Shown here: positions 60,529 through 64,000 of the stretch, piece after piece | Position numbering within the stretch: position 1 is the stretch's first letter | How the letters are laid out: each line of letters begins with the position of its first letter | Assembly: GCA_963666215.2 (NCBI GenBank) | Contig: CAXWPL010000004.1 | Span: forward strand, 160,001-224,000 | Source of the DNA: Acidobacteriota bacterium | GTDB lineage: Bacteria; Acidobacteriota; UBA890; WLXD01 | Reading direction: 5' to 3' | Length of the DNA: 64,000 nucleotides | The notes under the pieces: model-generated | Database searches by the model: none | What the model was told of the DNA's origin: nothing | Seen by the model: only the letters and a program-made list of their open reading frames with translations | Made by a program: the position numbers and the translations under genes

Positions 60529-62211
60529 GTGCCAGATGCAAGGCACAGCGACGCAGGCGATCTTTGCCGATCGTCGAGGAGCTGTAACGAAGTCGATGGC
60601 ACCCTGCCGCCCCGCGGGAGCAGGCGGATTTGTTGCGTTGACGTGCCCGCCCTTCCGCTCCAGTTGCTGGCGCTCGAACATCCCGAGTGGTCCGATCGAC
60701 CCTTAGCCGTCGTCGATCGCGATCGACCCACGGGTCAGATCCTTTGGGTCAACGAGCGCGCCTACCGCTCTCGTGTGCTTCCCGGGCTCAGATATGCCGC
60801 CGGTTTGGCGCTCTGTAGACAGCTGTGTGCCGGTGAGGTGCACCCCGATGAGATTGCACGTGGGGCGCAGCAAATCGCCGAGCTGCTGCAGCGATTTAGC
60901 CCCGAGGTCGAAGGCGGAACACCGGGCACTGACAACGGCGACACCCGGCGCGGCAAGCCCGACGCCGCCTCTCCGGAGCCGGGGGTTTTTTGGCTCGATG
61001 CCACCGGCATGGAGCCACTCGAGGCGTCGTTACAGTCCTGGGGAGAACGTCTTCATGGCGAGCTGACGGCGGCGGGATTTGTGGCGAGCATCGCCATCGG
61101 ATTCAGCCGATTCGGCTCCTATGCGCTTGCCCGATCGCAAACCCACGCTCCCGTCGTCGTCCTCGAGAGCCCGATCGAGGAAGAACGCTCCGTACGAAAG
61201 ATCCGCCTCGATCGTCTGCAACTCGATCCGAACCTCCGAGCCAAGCTCGGCAAGCTCGGCATCCACACTGTGGGCGCTTTCCTGAAGCTGCCGCCCACCG
61301 GTCTCGGCAAGCGCTTCGGAGCCGCGGCGGTGCGGCTGCATCGCGCTGCAGCGGGAGCTCTCGTGGAGCCTCTCGTGCCGATACCTCCGTCTGACCCTGT
61401 CGAGGTTTGGGTGGAGCTCGAGTACCCCGAAGCCGACGCCATTCGTCTGCTGTTCGTGATCAAGCGAGTTTTGCACTCTCTGCTCGAGAGCACGGTTGCT
61501 CGGGGCCAAGCCCTCACCGAGCTGAACATGAAGTTGAGTTTCGATAGCGGCGACCATCGATCCATCGAGATCCGCACAGCCGCCCCCACGCTGGACAACG
61601 CCCAGATCCTCGAGCTGGTACGTCTTCGCTTCGAACGCTTCAACATCCATCAACTCGATCTCTCGGCCGGCGTCACCGAGATGCTGTTGACCGCACGCGG
61701 CGTGCCCGTCAGCCAGGAGCAACTCGAGCTGTTCGTCGAACAACCGCGACGCGACCTGGCAGCCGCCAACCGTGCTTTCGCGCGCCTACGCACCCGTTAC
61801 GGCCGCGATGCCGTGGCCCGTGCCCAGCTTCGTGATGGCCATCTGCCCGAGGCAACCTACACCTGGGAGTCACTAGAGAAGGCGCAAATGCCCGCTCCCA
61901 AATCCAGGAATTCCGTGAGCTCTAGTGAGTCCGATGGGGCTTCTCTCCAGCGGCCGATGGTTCGACGCGTATACCGACGCCCCATCGCCCTGCCGCATCG
62001 GGAGAACCCGGAGCAGGACGGCTGGCTGGTACGCGGCCCCGAACAAGGACCGATGGTGCGTATCGTCGGCCCCTACGTCGTTTCCGGTGGCTGGTGGGTA
62101 CGCGAAGTCTTCCGCGAGTACCACTTCGTCGAAACCCAGAAGGGCGACGTCATGTGGGTCTACTACGACCGCGTCCGCCGCCGCTGGTTTCTGCAGGGCG
62201 TGATCGACTGA
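60529..62211 (+). CDS. imuB: ImuB, inactive Y-family polymerase
   Basis: CVDVPALPLQ, FSPEVE, LGIHTVGAF, clamp motif QLELF, and C-terminal GGWW...YYDR...WFLQG; start uncertain. Confidence 0.85.
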   Translation: MPDARHSDAGDLCRSSRSCNEVDGTLPPRGSRRICCVDVPALPLQLLALEHPEWSDRPLAVVDRDRPTGQILWVNERAYRSRVLPGLRYAAGLALCRQLCAGEVHPDEIARGAQQIAELLQRFSPEVEGGTPGTDNGDTRRGKPDAASPEPGVFWLDATGMEPLEASLQSWGERLHGELTAAGFVASIAIGFSRFGSYALARSQTHAPVVVLESPIEEERSVRKIRLDRLQLDPNLRAKLGKLGIHTVGAFLKLPPTGLGKRFGAAAVRLHRAAAGALVEPLVPIPPSDPVEVWVELEYPEADAIRLLFVIKRVLHSLLESTVARGQALTELNMKLSFDSGDHRSIEIRTAAPTLDNAQILELVRLRFERFNIHQLDLSAGVTEMLLTARGVPVSQEQLELFVEQPRRDLAAANRAFARLRTRYGRDAVARAQLRDGHLPEATYTWESLEKAQMPAPKSRNSVSSSESDGASLQRPMVRRVYRRPIALPHRENPEQDGWLVRGPEQGPMVRIVGPYVVSGGWWVREVFREYHFVETQKGDVMWVYYDRVRRRWFLQGVID

Positions 62212-62330
62212 TTCACGACCGGCTGACACTGCAACGGAACGTCGACGCCCTTTTACGACAGTTCCAGCCAGCACGCAGACACGTCACCAGATTTCCGTAA
62301 AAAACCAGAAGGATGCCCGGCCATCTGGAT

Positions 62331-62354
62331 AAACAGACATTTGTCTGTTTTAAT
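62331..62354 (+). promoter_or_regulatory. Second putative LexA box and promoter upstream of dnaE2
   Basis: AAACAGACA-TT-TGTCTGTTT between TGGATA (62326-62331) and TTTAAT (62349-62354), spaced 17 bp. Confidence 0.8.
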
Positions 62355-62416
62355 GCCCCGCTCTCCGCACATCCTTATGTGGGGCAAGCCCAACCTCTGT
62401 GACGGACTCGTTTCGA

Positions 62417-64000
62417 ATGCCCGCTCCTTCTGCGTCTTTCGTTCCTTCCAGAAATCCTCCCGCCGGTTTCTACGCCCCCCTGTGGTGCAAGAGCAACTTC
62501 TCTTTCCTCGAAGGCGCAAGCGATCCAGCCGAGCTGATCGAGCAGGCCTACCACCTCGGACTACGCTCGATCGCCATCGTCGACCGCGACGGCGTACACG
62601 GCATCGTGCAGGCGCACGTGCGCGCGCAGGAGCTCGGCATCCACCTGATCGTCGGATCGCAGATCACCCTGCTGGACAACTCGATCATCGTCCTGCTGGC
62701 GCAGAATCGCGACGGCTACGCCAACCTCTGCGGGCTCGTGACCAAGGGCCGACTGCGATCCGCCAAGGGCGAGAGCCGCGTGACCTGGCGTGAGGTTGGT
62801 GAGCACGCCGAGGGACTGATCGCGTTGTGGGGCGGTGAGCGCAGCCTGCTGGTGAGCACACCCGCGGCAAGCGTTCTCCACACGGAAACGGGGCTCGGAG
62901 CAACGCCGGCTCTCGAGGCCGAGGCTGCCGAGCAGGACTCGAACTTGGCAGCCGCATCAGACGACCCGCACCGCATACCGCTGCGACTTGTCCCTCCGGG
63001 CACTCCACGCGATCGACAGGAACAGATACCCGAGAACGTCCTCGACTTCCCTCTCCGGCGCGCCCGCGATATTCGGCCCGAGCCCGATACGCTCGACGAC
63101 ATCGCAAACTCGCTCAAAAAGCACTTCGGTGACCGCCTGTATGCCGTGATCGCACGGCACCATCGCGCCTGCGAAATTGTCCAGGAGCGCACGGTGCGCC
63201 GCCGCGCGGAGCGTTTCGGCCTGCCGTTGGTGGCCGCGACCGAAGTTCTGTACCACCTGCCATCGCGACGCGACACACACGACGTGCTCGCGTGTATCCG
63301 AGAGGGTAAAAAGCTCTCGGAAGCCGGCCGTGTGATCCGTGGCAACTCCGAGCACGCGCTGCATGCGCCACGCAGCTTCGAGGCGCTCTACTCCGACATC
63401 CCGGCCGCGGTGTCTCGCAGTCTGGAGATTGCCGAGCGCTGCACCTTTTCGATGTCCGAGATCCGCTACCGCTACCCCTCCGAACGGCTACCCGACGGCA
63501 CCACCTCGAACCAATGGATGCGCCACCTCACCTACGAGGGAGCCAAGCGGCGCTACGGCATCAGGTCGTTCTTCCCTCCCTTGCAGGACCCCGCCACCTG
63601 GCGCGGCGAGCTGACCACCGATGACGACCCCGACCTGACACGCGTCCCCGCCGCCGTCCGGGCACAGCTGGCCAAAGAGCTCTCCCTCATCGAAGAGCTC
63701 GACTATTCCGGCTACTTCCTGACCATGCGCGAGATCGTTCGCTTCTGCCAGGAACAGAACATCCTCTGCCAGGGGCGCGGCTCGGCGGCCAACTCGATTG
63801 TTTGCTACTGCCTCGAGATCACCGCGATCGACCCGGTACAGATGAACCTGCTGTTCGAGCGGTTCATCTCCAAAGAGCGGGCGGAACCGCCAGACATCGA
63901 CCTCGACATCGAGCACAACCGTCGAGAAGAAGCGATCCAGCACATGTACGCCAAGTACGGGCGCGACCACGCCGCCATGGTCGCCAACGTCATCCGCTAT
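62417..64000 (+). CDS. dnaE2: Error-prone DNA polymerase DnaE2 (runs off the window end)
   Basis: ATG 62417; [20 protein letters not shown] start; [28 protein letters not shown]; the start and the last codons are in the same frame. Confidence 0.93.
   Translation, partial: MPAPSASFVPSRNPPAGFYAPLWCKSNFSFLEGASDPAELIEQAYHLGLRSIAIVDRDGVHGIVQAHVRAQELGIHLIVGSQITLLDNSIIVLLAQNRDGYANLCGLVTKGRLRSAKGESRVTWREVGEHAEGLIALWGGERSLLVSTPAASVLHTETGLGATPALEAEAAEQDSNLAAASDDPHRIPLRLVPPGTPRDRQEQIPENVLDFPLRRARDIRPEPDTLDDIANSLKKHFGDRLYAVIARHHRACEIVQERTVRRRAERFGLPLVAATEVLYHLPSRRDTHDVLACIREGKKLSEAGRVIRGNSEHALHAPRSFEALYSDIPAAVSRSLEIAERCTFSMSEIRYRYPSERLPDGTTSNQWMRHLTYEGAKRRYGIRSFFPPLQDPATWRGELTTDDDPDLTRVPAAVRAQLAKELSLIEELDYSGYFLTMREIVRFCQEQNILCQGRGSAANSIVCYCLEITAIDPVQMNLLFERFISKERAEPPDIDLDIEHNRREEAIQHMYAKYGRDHAAMVANVIRY

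Overview
High-GC bacterial window. The gene inventory (Oar-like TonB-dependent receptors, DUF1592/DUF1552/ankyrin cassette, Bat operon) suggests Acidobacteriota, which is inference only. 1-21.8 kb (minus strand): an uptake/hydrolysis locus with five tandem secreted DUF885 paralogs, TonB-dependent receptors and an S9 lipoprotein peptidase. All five DUF885 copies carry Gln where the family usually has the Glu of EGW. The TBDR2+S9 unit is present twice (offset 5546 bp), one copy with a ~1.5 kb deletion in S9, and the copies are separated by a unique AT-rich 180 bp spacer. 22-27.3 kb: SDR, class I aminotransferase, a lone acyl-CoA carboxyltransferase and an AtuA pair. A degenerate palindrome (ACTRAC-N2-GTYRGT) recurs in five promoters and ties these two blocks into one putative regulon. 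27.6-39.3 kb: a zone of broken genes containing an intact toxin-antitoxin-like pair (DUF6036-type nucleotidyltransferase) and an ABC transporter. 39-58 kb: ankyrin/DUF1552/DUF1592, a methyltransferase, the MoxR-DUF58-Bat operon and Mrp. 58.8-64 kb: lexA-imuA-imuB-dnaE2 with an identical palindrome AACAGACA-TT-TGTCTGTT before lexA and dnaE2, a candidate non-canonical SOS box. No rRNA, tRNA, CRISPR array or transposase was recognised. Family assignments come from motif recognition, not from database searches.
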